The translations under genes were made by a program, and so were the position numbers. Shown here in pieces: positions 52,021 through 64,000 of a DNA stretch of 64,000 bases. The notes under the pieces were generated by a model, which did no database searches, was not told the DNA's origin, and worked only from the letters and a program-made list of their open reading frames with translations. The stretch spans positions 224,564,001 to 224,628,000 of the forward strand of contig OX597814.1 of assembly GCA_951406725.2 (NCBI GenBank), read 5' to 3'. Source of the stretch: Octopus vulgaris (taxonomy: Eukaryota). The stretch's first letter is position 1; each line of letters starts with the position of its first letter.

Positions 52021-53746
52021 ATGTAATGTTGGCCCAACATTGCACTGATTTTTGAGATTCATTTTTTTTTTTTAAAAGATAATGCCTCTTATATACCGTC
52101 AAATACGGTGCTCACTTAAGGACAATATAAATTTTAATAGTGAAATATTGATTTGCAAATTATGCAGAATTTTAAGAGAAGGACAATTGCATAAGTCGAT
52201 CACTGTATTTGAGTGTTACTTTCTTTTTCCAACTTCGGAATGACGTTAAACAAAATTGATCTCGACAAGATTTGAAGCCAGGTATTGTGGATCTGGTGTA
52301 AATAGATCAGCTTGTCCCTGGCTGCTGGCATTTTTATGTCTTGTAAAACTAAGAGAAAGATTTCAGTTAAATAAGAATATTGTGAACGCATACATATGTG
52401 TGAGCTTATGTGTACATATATATATTGGTATATACATGTACATATAATCATTTTATAATTTTCACATCACCGTTTTGCTGAATCAGCCATTGATTCTGAT
52501 GGTAAATTCTATAAATACTAACAAGTGTAATTCAGCTTCACCCCCAGCGATGGAGTAGCATCACCGAACAGAATCCAAGACGCCAGGCTACAATTCGATT
52601 GGAATGAACTCTCCATCTTTTAATTTGTATGAAAACAATAACAATCAATTTTTGCCCTGGCGAATGCTTTTGCTTTTTCAATTTCATAATGCAATTTAAT
52701 AGTATAAATATGGATTTAAGAAATTAAACAGAAACGCGCGTAAGCAACATGAATTGACTATTATAATAGATATATCGATTATTCTATGTATGCATTCTCC
52801 ATTTTCTTTGTGTTGTTAATTTTTTCTCCTATATCGAAAAGATGAAAACATCTATAGCTACAACTGGAATTTCAAAAGTGTAAGGTACTAATATCAGAGA
52901 AGAACCAACGATAAGCACTAGTACATATGCACATGTGGAATCTCCAGTGTCGTTAATTGATATGGAGCTGAACCGGCGTACGCTTGGATAAATATCCCTA
53001 GGAATGAACAACCTCTTTCCACACAGACTTTTATCTATGTGTGTGTGTACACGAGTGAGGGAACACATTCGGTTGCAGTTACATAAAGTTAATAACAGTT
53101 GTCAAGCAGTGTTGAGGGGACAAACACTGACAAATGCCATCAAATACGGTACTCGATTAAGGGCATAATACATCTTAATAGTGAAATATTGATTTACAAA
53201 TTAAGCACAATTTTAAGAGAGGTACAATTGCTGAAGTCGACCGCAGTACTTGCCTGGTACTTAATTTTATCGATTTCGGAATGATGAAAATGTTTTTCTG
53301 TTTTTTAGGCAAGTGCCCTCATCGCATTTTCTAGGGCTTCTCCTTGGCTCTTTGGATCCTAGCCCAATCTGCCGACTGAACTCCACTCTCATCGGCATCG
53401 CCTACGAGATTGGTGGAAGAAAAAGAAAAAATTATTCTCAGACCAGAGATCTGGCCCGAATACTTCCAAAAGACTGAGCACCGCTAAAAACACTTTCAAG
53501 GCCAGATGATTGCTAGACCAGATTATTGATCGGTTCTATCCTAGAACAAATACGAACCGTTCAACAGGATTCTATGTAGTTTCCTCCGACCAAATTTCAC
53601 TCATGTAACCTTTTGACCACCCGAAGACATTTTCTCAGGCTGTCGTGCAGTGGGATCGAATCCGAAAACAATTAATTGCAGTGTGAAAATCTAAACTACA
53701 TTCACATACCTACGCTGATATCACTCATTCAATTAATACTAAGATA

Positions 53747-54037
53747 AAGGCGAGGAGCTGGCAGAAATGTTAGTACGCCGGCGGAATTTGAACTCAGAAC
53801 GTAACGGCAGACGAAATATCTATTTCTTTACTACCCACAAGGGGCTAAACACAGAGAGGACAAACAAGGACAGACAAACGGATTAAGTCGATTACATCGA
53901 CTCCAATGCGTAACTGGTACTTATTTAATCGACCCCGAAATGATGAAAGGCAAAATCGACCTCGGCGGAATTTGAACTCAGAACGTAGCGGCAGACGAAA
54001 TACCGATAAGCTTTTCGCCCGGTGTGCTCGCCGCCTT
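53747..54037. mobile_element. Family-B SINE chimera: plus-strand head fused to a minus-strand dimer
   Basis: Plus head at 53747-53780 joined at CGCCG|GCGG to the reverse-strand copy ending at 54037. Confidence 0.8.
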
Positions 54038-54123
54038 GAAATACTAATCTAATAATGAGAGAAATGTATATACAAATATTTTTAAGACTTTCAATATGGA
54101 GGATCGAACCATATTATATTTCT

Positions 54124-54341
54124 CTTACAGCAGTATTGGAGCCCTCTCCCAACGCCTTTAAGATGTCATCAAAATGGTGCAGAAGCTGCGACAGGCAGTC
54201 CCTTGCCATCACGGAAACCATGCTGGTTGGGGTTCAGCAGATTGTTGTCTCTTCGAGGAAGTGAGTTATTCGCGATCTCACCACCCTCTCAAATACTTTA
54301 ATGATATGAGGAGAAGTGAGTGAAATCTGATGGTAGCTCAC
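54124..54341 (-). mobile_element. CR1-type LINE RT fragment
   Basis: SYHQISLTSPHIIKVFERVV..FLEE/NNLLNPNQHGFR/DCLSQLLHHFDDIL. Confidence 0.85.
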
Positions 54342-54839
54342 TGCAAGAGATTTGTACTTCATCGTTTATCTTGTTTGGTGGATTCATTATAAAATCGTTT
54401 TCTTTTGTGTTGGGTGGCTTCTATTCTAAATTAGATTTTCAATTTGATATAAAACACTTTTAATAACGTTGACCAGCTCGTCTTTTATCACCGCTTTCTT
54501 TTATTTATCAGTTCCTCGCTGCCACGCAAGTCACGTGACAGACTGACACGACACTGAAAACTGTTACTTATCTAACCTCAAGATGACATCAGAACATTGC
54601 GTGTGCCAGCGTTATATTACTGTCAAAGGGGTTTTCGGTCGTGGTTCGTTCTTTATGCTATCTTCTCGTGTCAATGACAATTGTCCTAATCGGCCTGGAA
54701 AGTGATACCTGAAAACAACCTATAACATTGCATAAACAAGTGCGAATTGAAAATACTTGTTGACCTTCGTGCTATTTTATTATTTTGCTTTTCGAGGTTT
54801 TGTATTATAAAGAAATTTATATAACGTGATGATAACAGC

Positions 54840-55780
54840 TCTAATAATCTCAGATCATAACACAAAAGAATTAACATAAATATGTACCAAAAGAATCTAT
54901 TGCTTAGTATCTTAGAAGAAGAGTCACAATTCTGTCCAACCTAATTTCTATAAGTCTGTCTGGAAGCCAAATTAAAAAGAGATCTGCTGGTTGAACAAAC
55001 CCAAAATTCGCATTTTGTAAGAAATGACATGAAACAATTTATGTCAACAAGGCAGACTGTACATTCAGTATCTCGTGGAGAAATGTCAAGGTTCATATAC
55101 GTACATATGCATATATACACACGCACACACACACACGTACACACACATACATATATGTACATATATATATATATATATATACACACACACTTACATACAT
55201 ATCTATTTGTCTGTCTGTCTGACTCTCTCCCTCTCTCCCTCCCTCTTTCTCTCTCTCTCTCTTTCTTTCTCCACATATATATAATTCCTAGGGACAAATA
55301 ATTCTCTTGAGACGAAGGTGTCAAGTTTGTTTATATTAAGAAGCCAGAAGCCAGAGTCGGTATGTGTGGGGCGAACACTTAAGAATTTCACTCATAGTAT
55401 TTAAGAATCAAATGAAATGTACACTTGAAAATGAGAGCACTAAAGAAAGCCAAGACTATTGAGAATGCGAAAATATGAAAAAAGATATTCTACTACATTC
55501 CTTTAAAAAGAACTGAAACACAGAATTGAAACTTCAGTTGCGTTTTTACAACTCCGCCAGTAAAAATGTAAATAGATGAGCCATAATAGTTCTTCAGTAC
55601 TGCAATCCTACATGGAGAAGTAGCAATTATCGTTTTATATCGATACTTAAAATGTTTATATAATATCTACCTTACATAAAATAAACATGAAGACTATACA
55701 CCCTAAGATTCCTGCCAAGCTATTTCCGAAACTTTTACCCAAAGTTTCTTTGAAATAGACAAAAGAAGGTGAGTGGTATA
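54840..55780 (+). pseudogene. Decayed LRR fragments
   Basis: LSNLISISLSGSQIKKRSA; LVEKCQ; DEGVKFV; DSCQAISETF..AG|GTGAGT. Confidence 0.45.
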
Positions 55781-55936
55781 GACCAATTTGTTAAATTGCG
55801 TAGCAGTAAGGTTAGGAAAAAAATAATATTTAAAAAAATCAACGTAATGTTAAAGGTGAATTTCCAAGTACCTTGTGGCCAGTCATCTAAGAGATTGCAA
55901 CCTGGGTTCAAGGGAGCCTGAAGAAATTGCAATACC

Positions 55937-56169
55937 TATTTCTTTACTACCCACAAGGGGCTAAACACAGAGGGAACAAACAAGGACAGACAAACGGATT
56001 AAGTCGCTTATATCGACCCCAGTGCGTAACTGGTACTTATTTAATCGACCCCGAAAGGATGAAAGGCAAAGTCGACCTCGGCGGAATTTGAACTCAGAAC
56101 GTAGCGGCAGAGGAAATACCACTAAGCATTTCGCCCGGCGTGCTAACGTTTCTGCCAGCACGTCGCCTT
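55937..56169 (-). mobile_element. Monomeric family-B SINE with a perfect 12-bp TSD
   Basis: AATTGCAATACC at 55925-55936 and 56170-56181. Confidence 0.9.
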
Positions 56170-56589
56170 AATTGCAATACCATAGACAGAATATCTGTGT
56201 GACTCGTAAATTATAACTGAATGCCGATACATAATTTTATGCTCATATTACTGAATAGCTATAATGTACAGATGGTAACTGGATGAATGAATTTCGATAA
56301 CATTTAGAACAAGAGAACGAAAAATAATGTTGGCTTTCTAGAAATTATTTGTTCTCAGTCTTCTGGATTCTGGATTCTTGCTGTGCTATGGGGGAAGTGT
56401 CAATCTCAACACTGGACTGCAAGTAATCCCACGGTGCTACTCCATGGATGCTGCTTCTGTACAGCATTGAGCCGAGAGAGAGGGGAGCAGAAAGTTTTAT
56501 ATTTTCCTATTTTGTTTTTTATTTTTTTGATGAAGTGAGTAAAGATATGTAGTAATTTATGACTATAAGACCATGGAAATATTAGCAAA

Positions 56590-56730
56590 AGACTTTAGCA
56601 TTGAAAACTATGAAAATACTAAAACCACGCGTTACTACTTGGTGCAATTTCATCCTCTCCTGACTCAAAACCGGAAATTTATACCAGCTTGAGCATCAAA
56701 GGATTACAAATCTTCAACATTCTCCTGTTA
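56590..56730 (+). mobile_element. Old CR1-type LINE 3' fragment
   Basis: SIENY..SLSIKGLQIFNIL, homologous to 36565-36700. Confidence 0.45.
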
Positions 56731-57012
56731 CACCGATACACATAAGACAGCTGCATAGTCCAGATGTCAATAAAGAAGTTGTAGGTGTGATTGATGATAA
56801 ATGATGATGCCGATGATGATGGCATATGTATGTAGGCATATATATATATATATATGCAAATATGAGAGGGAAACCACTATGTGGATGCCCTTATGCTAGA
56901 AGTAGATACGCTATGGTTTTACCACCAAGAAATGTTCTCAAGAAATAAATTCAGCAAATAACCAAAACGTAATCGAGCAAGACAAAAGAAAAGCAATAAA
57001 AAGATGCATTAT

Positions 57013-57085
57013 TCACATCCATGTTTCACTATCACCATATTACGTAATTTAACTTACGCAAGATGTCCGTAGATCTTCGGTGTGA
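57013..57085 (-). ncRNA. Degenerate hammerhead (U4C; mutated cleavage triplet)
   Basis: TCACA-CCGAAGA-[hairpin]-GAAA-CATG-GA-TGTGA. Confidence 0.5.
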
Positions 57086-57169
57086 CCTTCAGTTTTTTTT
57101 ATATGCTAGGTCACTGGTGTGAAATTGATATTGATTAAATTAATATGATATTTCTCACCCTCATTTTAA

Positions 57170-57214
<45 letters not shown>

Positions 57215-57217
<3 letters not shown>

Positions 57218-57442
57218 GTGATCTCTCAAGCACCACCAGCTCAAATATTTTCTCCTCTGTCTTCCCTCCTTGGGACCTTTCCTTCTCCTTGTTTCCGACG
57301 AAGAGCTCCGCTCGAAACGTTAAACCCTCCTTCCCTTCTTTTCTGAGAGTCAATAATACTTTAATTGTTCCACGTCCTGCGTTGCTGTGTTTTTTTCTCT
57401 TTTTTTCTCTTTTTTTCTGTGTTTTCTTGTTTGGATTAACTT
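57215..57442 (+). mobile_element. Family-E cassette with minimal hammerhead at 57291-57325
   Basis: GTTT-CCGACGA-AGAGCTCCGCTC-GAAA-CG-TT-AAAC; (TA)n on both sides. Confidence 0.7.
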
Positions 57443-57456
57443 TATATATATATATA

Positions 57457-57923
57457 CTCTTTTACTCTTTTACTTGTTTCAGTCATTTGACTGCGGCCAT
57501 GCTGGAGCACCGCCTTTAATCGAGCAACTCGACCCTGGGACTTATTCTTTTGTAAGCCCAGTACTTATTCTATCGGTCTCTTTTTGCCGAACCGCTAAGT
57601 AACGGGGACATAAACACACCAACATCGGTTGTCAAGCAATGCTAGGGGACAAACACAGACACACAAACACACACACGCATTTTTTTTTTTTATTTTTATT
57701 TTTTTTATTTTTTATTTTTTATTTATTCTTCTATCTAATTTAACACTGACTCCTTGACCACTCCCCCAAGTATGATATTTTGCGCTATGCCTACCCCCAA
57801 AAAGTCCCCCACCAACACCCCTTTAAACCTGCCTAAATGTATAAATGCCAATACAATTCTTGTTAACTAGCTTCCTGAAGATTTCTCTTGAATGAAACAG
57901 TTCTAGTCCTGTAGAAGCTCCTT

Positions 57924-57975
<52 letters not shown>

Positions 57976-58132
57976 TACGACGGGCTTCTTTCAGTTTCCG
58001 TCTACCAAATCCACTCACAAGGCTTTGGTCGGCCCGAGGCTATAGTAGAAGACACTTGCCCAAGGTGCCACGCAGTGGGACTGAACCCGGAACCATGTGG
58101 TTGGTAGACAAGCTACTTACCACACAGCCACT

Positions 58133-58134
<2 letters not shown>
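57457..58134 (-). mobile_element. Family-A SINE interrupted by a hammerhead pLTR (57680-57930)
   Basis: SINE halves 57457-57679 and ~57975-58134; insert homologous to 29260-29485. Confidence 0.85.
57869..57919 (+). ncRNA. Type I hammerhead ribozyme
   Basis: AGCTTC-CTGAAGA-TTTCTCTTGAAT-GAAA-CAGTTCTAGTCCTG-TA-GAAGCT. Confidence 0.8.
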
Positions 58135-58187
<53 letters not shown>

Positions 58188-58787
58188 TACATATCATACA
58201 TGAACTCAAAACAATACATTTCAGTTTATCTTAATCGAGTATAGCTCAAAAATGGGCTCCGGAAAATTTTACACCCAATTATGAAAAGTTCTAGTTTGGA
58301 GCTGCAGCTAAAATCTCTAGTGAAGGCATATATATGTGAATAAAAAAGATCTACAAAACATTTTAACTATAATAGGATATAAACTCTACTTCCAAGCTTT
58401 ACAAATTTCTCCTGTAAGTAAATTTTATTTCGATGCTTATCAGGTTGGTTAGCTAGAGAAATCTTCATTATGGCCGATGGCTGTGGCGGTAGGTCACGTG
58501 AGGCTATACAGAAAACTGATGGAAACGCAGGGATGCGATAGATTTGCAACAGCCGGGGGTTACAATTCGTCAACTGACGTTTTGCGAAATGATCGACATA
58601 CGAATAAATCTTTAAGCGATTTATACTTTGGTTGTGAAACAATTATGTTCTCCATAGAATACATCTTAATCGAAGAATAACTCACAAAAGACTCAATGAA
58701 AATTTACAAACAGTTATAGTATTTCCCTATTGAACAAATAAAAGTGGAAAAAATCATTTGTTTGTTGATATTTTCTATGGGAGAAAG

Positions 58788-58983
58788 GCAGTTAGAACGC
58801 TGGGCTAAATGCTTAGCAGCATTTCGTCCGTCATTACGTTTTGAGTTCAAATTCCACCAAGGTCGACTTCGCCTGTCATCCTTTCGGGGTCGATAAAATA
58901 AGTACCAGTTGGGCACTGGGATTGATGTAATCGACTTACCACCTACCCCGAAATTGCTGGCTTTGTGTCAAAATTTGAAACCA
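58788..58983 (+). mobile_element. Family-B SINE variant
   Basis: TTGAGTTCAAATTCC..TCATCCTTTCGGGGTCGATAAAATAAGTACCAG. Confidence 0.8.
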
Positions 58984-59342
58984 GTTTTTCATATGGGAGG
59001 GAAGACAATGTCCATGGCACTTTACAGGGCCTTTGAAACGGGTAGAAAAGCAGAACGAAATATATCCACAAGTCGAGGACCTGTCCTGTTCCGATTGCTT
59101 GCAAAAGAATAGCATCCTGTCCAACATTCATACTGTTCCGCTAATGCACCGTCCTGAATTGGAAATTTTATGTTTTTTTCGATTTCGAAAGGATAAAAAA
59201 TAAGTTTAACTTCGTCGGGATTTGAACTCAGAGTGCTTATTATCAGAACAAATACTGCGAAGCATTTTAACTAACTCTGTAACGACTATCCCAGTTCGAT
59301 ATTCTAATATATTACATTAAATGAAATATGAATGTAGTGGCT

Positions 59343-59389
59343 CCAGTGACCCGATCTTGTTTCGGGTACGAAACACTTCATCAGGCTGG
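59343..59389 (-). ncRNA. Type I hammerhead (slightly degenerate)
   Basis: CCAGC-CTGATGA-AGTGTTTCGTACCC-GAAA-CAAGATCGGG-TC-ACTGG. Confidence 0.6.
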
Positions 59390-60155
59390 CTTCCTAGACA
59401 AACACATATAAAGCTTATATTTAAATACACTGCAACACAGAAGTAAATAATTTTGCGGAGAACAATAACTGTGAAAGATCACAAACATATAAGAAAAGAA
59501 AAGAAAAAAAACAGAACAAGAACGAAGAAACGAAACTAAAGAAAGAAGGAAATACAGTCAACAAATAAAGAAGGAGAAGTTGAATGAAGGAGATTAATTG
59601 ATATCCTTTCTTATATTCAATATCATATGGAGACATTTTTAGAGCAGAACTAAGTTCACCCCCCATACACACATATACACAGACACACAGACAGACACAC
59701 ACACACATACTAAACATTCTTGACTCTATACAGATTCTCACACACAAATATGTTATGTATGTATTCACAAAATAATTATATATAAACAAATGTCTAATCT
59801 TGTGTATGTATATGTATGCATATACGCATGTATGTATCTATATGTATAGATGCGTGTGTGTGTGTGTGTGTTATATATGTATAAGAGAATATGTAAATGA
59901 CAAAGGAACAAAAGATTACGTAATGAACTTCATTAGCTTACAACTGTTTCTGCTGTAAAATGCAATGCACTCATCGTTGAGTGCTGGTGTATCACCTTAT
60001 AGTTTTGTCGGAGCTTCAAAATAGAAATGCTATTTTATTTAGGAAGGCATTTACATATATAGAAAACCACCAAAATATAGAATGAGTTAGAAGAAAAAAT
60101 CCCTCACACACCAGAAATATGCAGATCTAAATAATTTTGAGTATATATATACATA

Positions 60156-60319
60156 GGTGCAGGAGTGGCTGTGTGGTAAGTAGCTTGTTTACCAACCACA
60201 TGGTTCCGGGTTCAGTCCCACTCGTGGCACCTTGGGCAAGTGTCTTCTACCATAGCTTCGGGCCGACCAAAGCCTTGTGAGTGGATTTGGTAGACGGAAA
60301 CTGAAAGAAGCCTGTCGTA

Positions 60320-60381
<62 letters not shown>

Positions 60382-60599
60382 CGTGTGTGTTTGTGTGTCT
60401 GTGTTTGTCCCCCTAGCATTGCTTGACAACCGATGCTGGTGTGTTTATGACCCCGTCACTTAGCGGTTCGGCAAAAGAGACCGATAGAATAAGTACTGGG
60501 CTTACAAAGAATAAGTCCCGGGGTCGAGTTGCTCGATTAAAGGTGGTGCTCCAGCATGGCCGCAGTCAAATGACTGAAACAAGTAAAAGAGTAAAAGAG
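60156..60599 (+). mobile_element. Full-length family-A SINE
   Basis: As 19385-19789, with an expanded internal (TA)n. Confidence 0.9.
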
Positions 60600-60887
60600 T
60601 ATACGTATACAGATGGTTACGCAATGAACTCCTATAGAAATAAACTACTTATATGCATACATATATACAAAATATGTATGTTAATACTGACCATAAAACC
60701 CCCTTCAGATTCGATTCTCCTTGTGGTGATGCTTCATCTGCCACTGTTGTCTTTAAGCTGTTAAACACTGTAAATCTATAACTGATATTATCTCCGGAAA
60801 ATATCGCAGTTAATTTGCCTACTGTGGTTTATTTGCATTGATCTTGATGCACAGATGACTATTTTAATCTAATACTTCTCTTACATA

Positions 60888-60921
<34 letters not shown>

Positions 60922-61150
60922 GACCAGCAAGGCTCGTAGAATCATGAAAGTGCATACGTCCTTGATTTTTGAATGTTTTTAAAGGTTGTAGTTCATGCAA
61001 TAATGAAGACAAGTAATGTCTTCATTAAGCAATTAAAAATTCATTGGAAACAGCTGTATTAAATTGACACATTATCCATGTGTTGTTATTTATTCATTTA
61101 TATATAAATATATATATATAAATATATGTATATGTATATATATATATATG

Positions 61151-61673
<523 letters not shown>

Positions 61674-62109
61674 ATTTGTAATTTTAATCTCCAAGGATCT
61701 ACGTGTACTAAGTTAATATGTTTCGAACAGTCCGTAGAAGATATATGAAGCAACTTCCAGGAACAATAATAGTTTCTTGACGTAGAAGGTTGTAGGTTTT
61801 CTCATATCTAAGTTTGATAAGTTGCAAAAAGTTTTTCTATTGTTCACGTTTAGCAGCTAGGGTTGCTATGAATGCAAATAAAAATCCAAATTGAGCAAAT
61901 GGAGCAGCTGTTTCTTATTCAGCAGATCTTCGAAAGTAGTGTGTGTGTATGTGTGTGCTTATGTGTGTGTGTGTGTGTGTAAGAGCATCATGTAGTAATT
62001 AAGATATATGTGTTCGTAGAAAAATCGCAAATTACTCCATGGGCGTTTAAGGGTACAACCTTTCCGTTCAGAACAGATTTGAACATCTTAATGAAACGTT
62101 TTTTCTTTT

Positions 62110-62350
62110 ATCTTTCTTCCAACCTCACTTGTATCATGTAGTTTGTGGAAAGGAAAAATTAGTACACAACGAGCAAAAAGAGATACCTACAGAGCAACTT
62201 AGGGCAACGCGAGAAAGACGAACCCATCAACGGAACAGAACACCATTTCTAGTAACACACAATCCGCATCACTAAAACATTTTTACATCATCAAAGCATA
62301 TTTGCCAATCATGATACAAAGTGAAAATTAAAAAACATAAAAACTAATGA
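62110..62350 (+). pseudogene. Penelope-like ORF remnant (RT-EN linker)
   Basis: EIPTEQLRATR..RTPFLVTHNPHH..IIKAYLPIMIQSE resembles the PLE IP..LR..PFV.THNP linker. Confidence 0.5.
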
Positions 62351-62359
62351 ACGCAGGCG

Positions 62360-62738
62360 TTTACCAACCACATAGTTCCGGGTTCAGTCCCACTGCGTGG
62401 CGCCTTGGGCAAGTGTCTTCTACTATAGCCTCGGGCTGACCAAAGCCTTGTGAGTGGATTTGGTAGAACGGAAACTGAAAGAAGCCCGTCGTATATATGT
62501 ATATATATGCGTGTGTGTGTTTGTGTGTCTGTGTTTGTCCCCCTAGCATTGCTTGACAACCGATGCTGGTGTGTTTATTTCCCCGTTACTTAGCGGTTCG
62601 GCAAAAGAGACCGATAGAATAAGTGCTGGGCTTACAAAAAAGAATAAGTTCCGGGGTCGAGTTGCTCGATTAAAGGCGGTGCTCCAGCATGGCCGCAGTC
62701 AAATGACTGAAACAAGTAAAAGAGTAAAAGAGAGAGTA
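62360..62738 (+). mobile_element. 5'-clipped family-A SINE
   Basis: Core, internal microsatellite and tail present. Confidence 0.9.
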
Positions 62739-62834
62739 AACTACAGAAGAGTCTCACCGATTGAAATAAAAGAGATCGAAACCGACTAAGTTTGCTCCCT
62801 CATAAAAACCGAAACTATTTAGTTAAAATAAAGG

Positions 62835-63000
62835 CCAGATCGCTGGCCACTACACATTCTTTATTTTCTCTCTGTGTCCCTTTCTGTGGAAGAGCGAAGG
62901 CTCGAAACGTCAAAAACTTTTTCACTTCCCGAGCGTTAAACTAATACATCTGTTTGTTGTCTACACCACCTGTCTTCGTCTTTTGCTTTTTGTGAATTCT

Positions 63001-63003
<3 letters not shown>
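62835..63003 (+). mobile_element. Family-E-related cassette with degenerate hammerhead (62881-62914)
   Basis: TTT-CTGTGGA-AGAGCGAAGGCTC-GAAA-CG-TC-AAA; ends at (TA)n. Confidence 0.5.
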
Positions 63004-63069
<66 letters not shown>

Positions 63070-63427
63070 AACACACACTCACACAAGCATTCGTGTGTGA
63101 GCGCGCGAGCGCATAATGCACATACAAACACACGCACGCACGCACGCACACACATACATGTACGTACAGGCATAGACGCGGATTTCCATCCGGGTTCAGT
63201 AATTGTAGTCATGAATAAGTCACGTACACTATTTTGTGCTCATTTTAAATGTATTAGTTATTTGTAATTCTAGTATTTATAATTAGGTGGGAAGAAAACC
63301 TGTCTCGCTCTGGTTACTACGGCCGTTGCCATCACGTTTTGTTTTTGTTTATTTTATCCTGTTTTGTTTTAATAGGTTTGTCTAACATGCTATTTCTTGT
63401 CATAAATGAGCTGAGGAGCAACGATAA

Positions 63428-63450
63428 TATCTATCTATCTACCTATCTAC

Positions 63451-63530
<80 letters not shown>

Positions 63531-63539
63531 GTCTCTCTC

Positions 63540-63626
<87 letters not shown>

Positions 63627-63637
63627 CTCTATCTCTC

Positions 63638-63705
<68 letters not shown>

Positions 63706-63743
63706 GCTAGCTAGCTAGCTATCTATCTATCTATCTATCTATC

Positions 63744-63812
<69 letters not shown>

Positions 63813-63822
63813 CTACCTATCT
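63428..63822. repeat. (CTAT)n microsatellite
   Basis: Direct inspection. Confidence 0.95.
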
Positions 63823-63823
63823 A

Positions 63824-64000
63824 CGAGAGGGTGCAGATAAGTTCCTGACTTTAAGGGTATCGGGAAAGGCCTGGCTGGGGGCCTAACTTTCCGGGTTTTT
63901 TTACAGGGCTTAGAAAACTTGAAGGGCCGTTGCAATAAGTGTGTGAACCTAAGAAAGGAATATATTGAATAAAATCAAAAGTGAGCCTCCTGTATTTTCT
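63824..64000 (+). mobile_element. Mariner MITE family M (opposite orientation; cut by window end)
   Basis: TA plus CGAGAGGGTGCAGATAAGTTCC; encodes mariner C-terminus GRCNKCVNLRKEYIE*. Confidence 0.75.

Noticed and set aside
52220-52348. Possible minus-strand exon (LQDIKMPAARDK..)
   Set aside because: Weak donor, no recognisable protein, no partner exons
52099-53285. ~110-bp direct repeat (52099-52211 vs 53140-53250) as LTRs
   Set aside because: Diverged, no TG..CA ends or PBS; the second copy runs into family-B SINE core on the minus strand, so these are SINE tails

Overview
AT-rich, microsatellite-saturated animal genomic DNA. The repeat repertoire suggests an octopus or other coleoid cephalopod (inference from recalled SINE sequences, not a database hit). 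No intact protein-coding gene is visible, and nearly all listed ORFs are microsatellite read-throughs. The window holds four tRNA-derived SINE families, mariner/pogo/Tigger/maT remnants and MITEs, two Helitrons and a Helentron-like element, CR1-, RTE- and R4/Dong-type LINE fragments, and Penelope-like (PLE) RT/EN remnants. Two less obvious layers stand out. (1) About 13 well-formed and several degenerate type-I hammerhead ribozyme motifs lie in short pLTR/retrozyme-like cassettes, mostly wedged between (TA)n tracts; these include a perfect ~230-bp inverted pair, a 1.2-mer of a 394-bp unit and recurrent U4C core variants. (2) A heavily decayed, plus-strand, ribonuclease-inhibitor/NLR-type LRR gene or gene array has fossil fragments scattered from ~4.7 kb to ~55.8 kb between the repeats. 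All translations and folds were done by eye.
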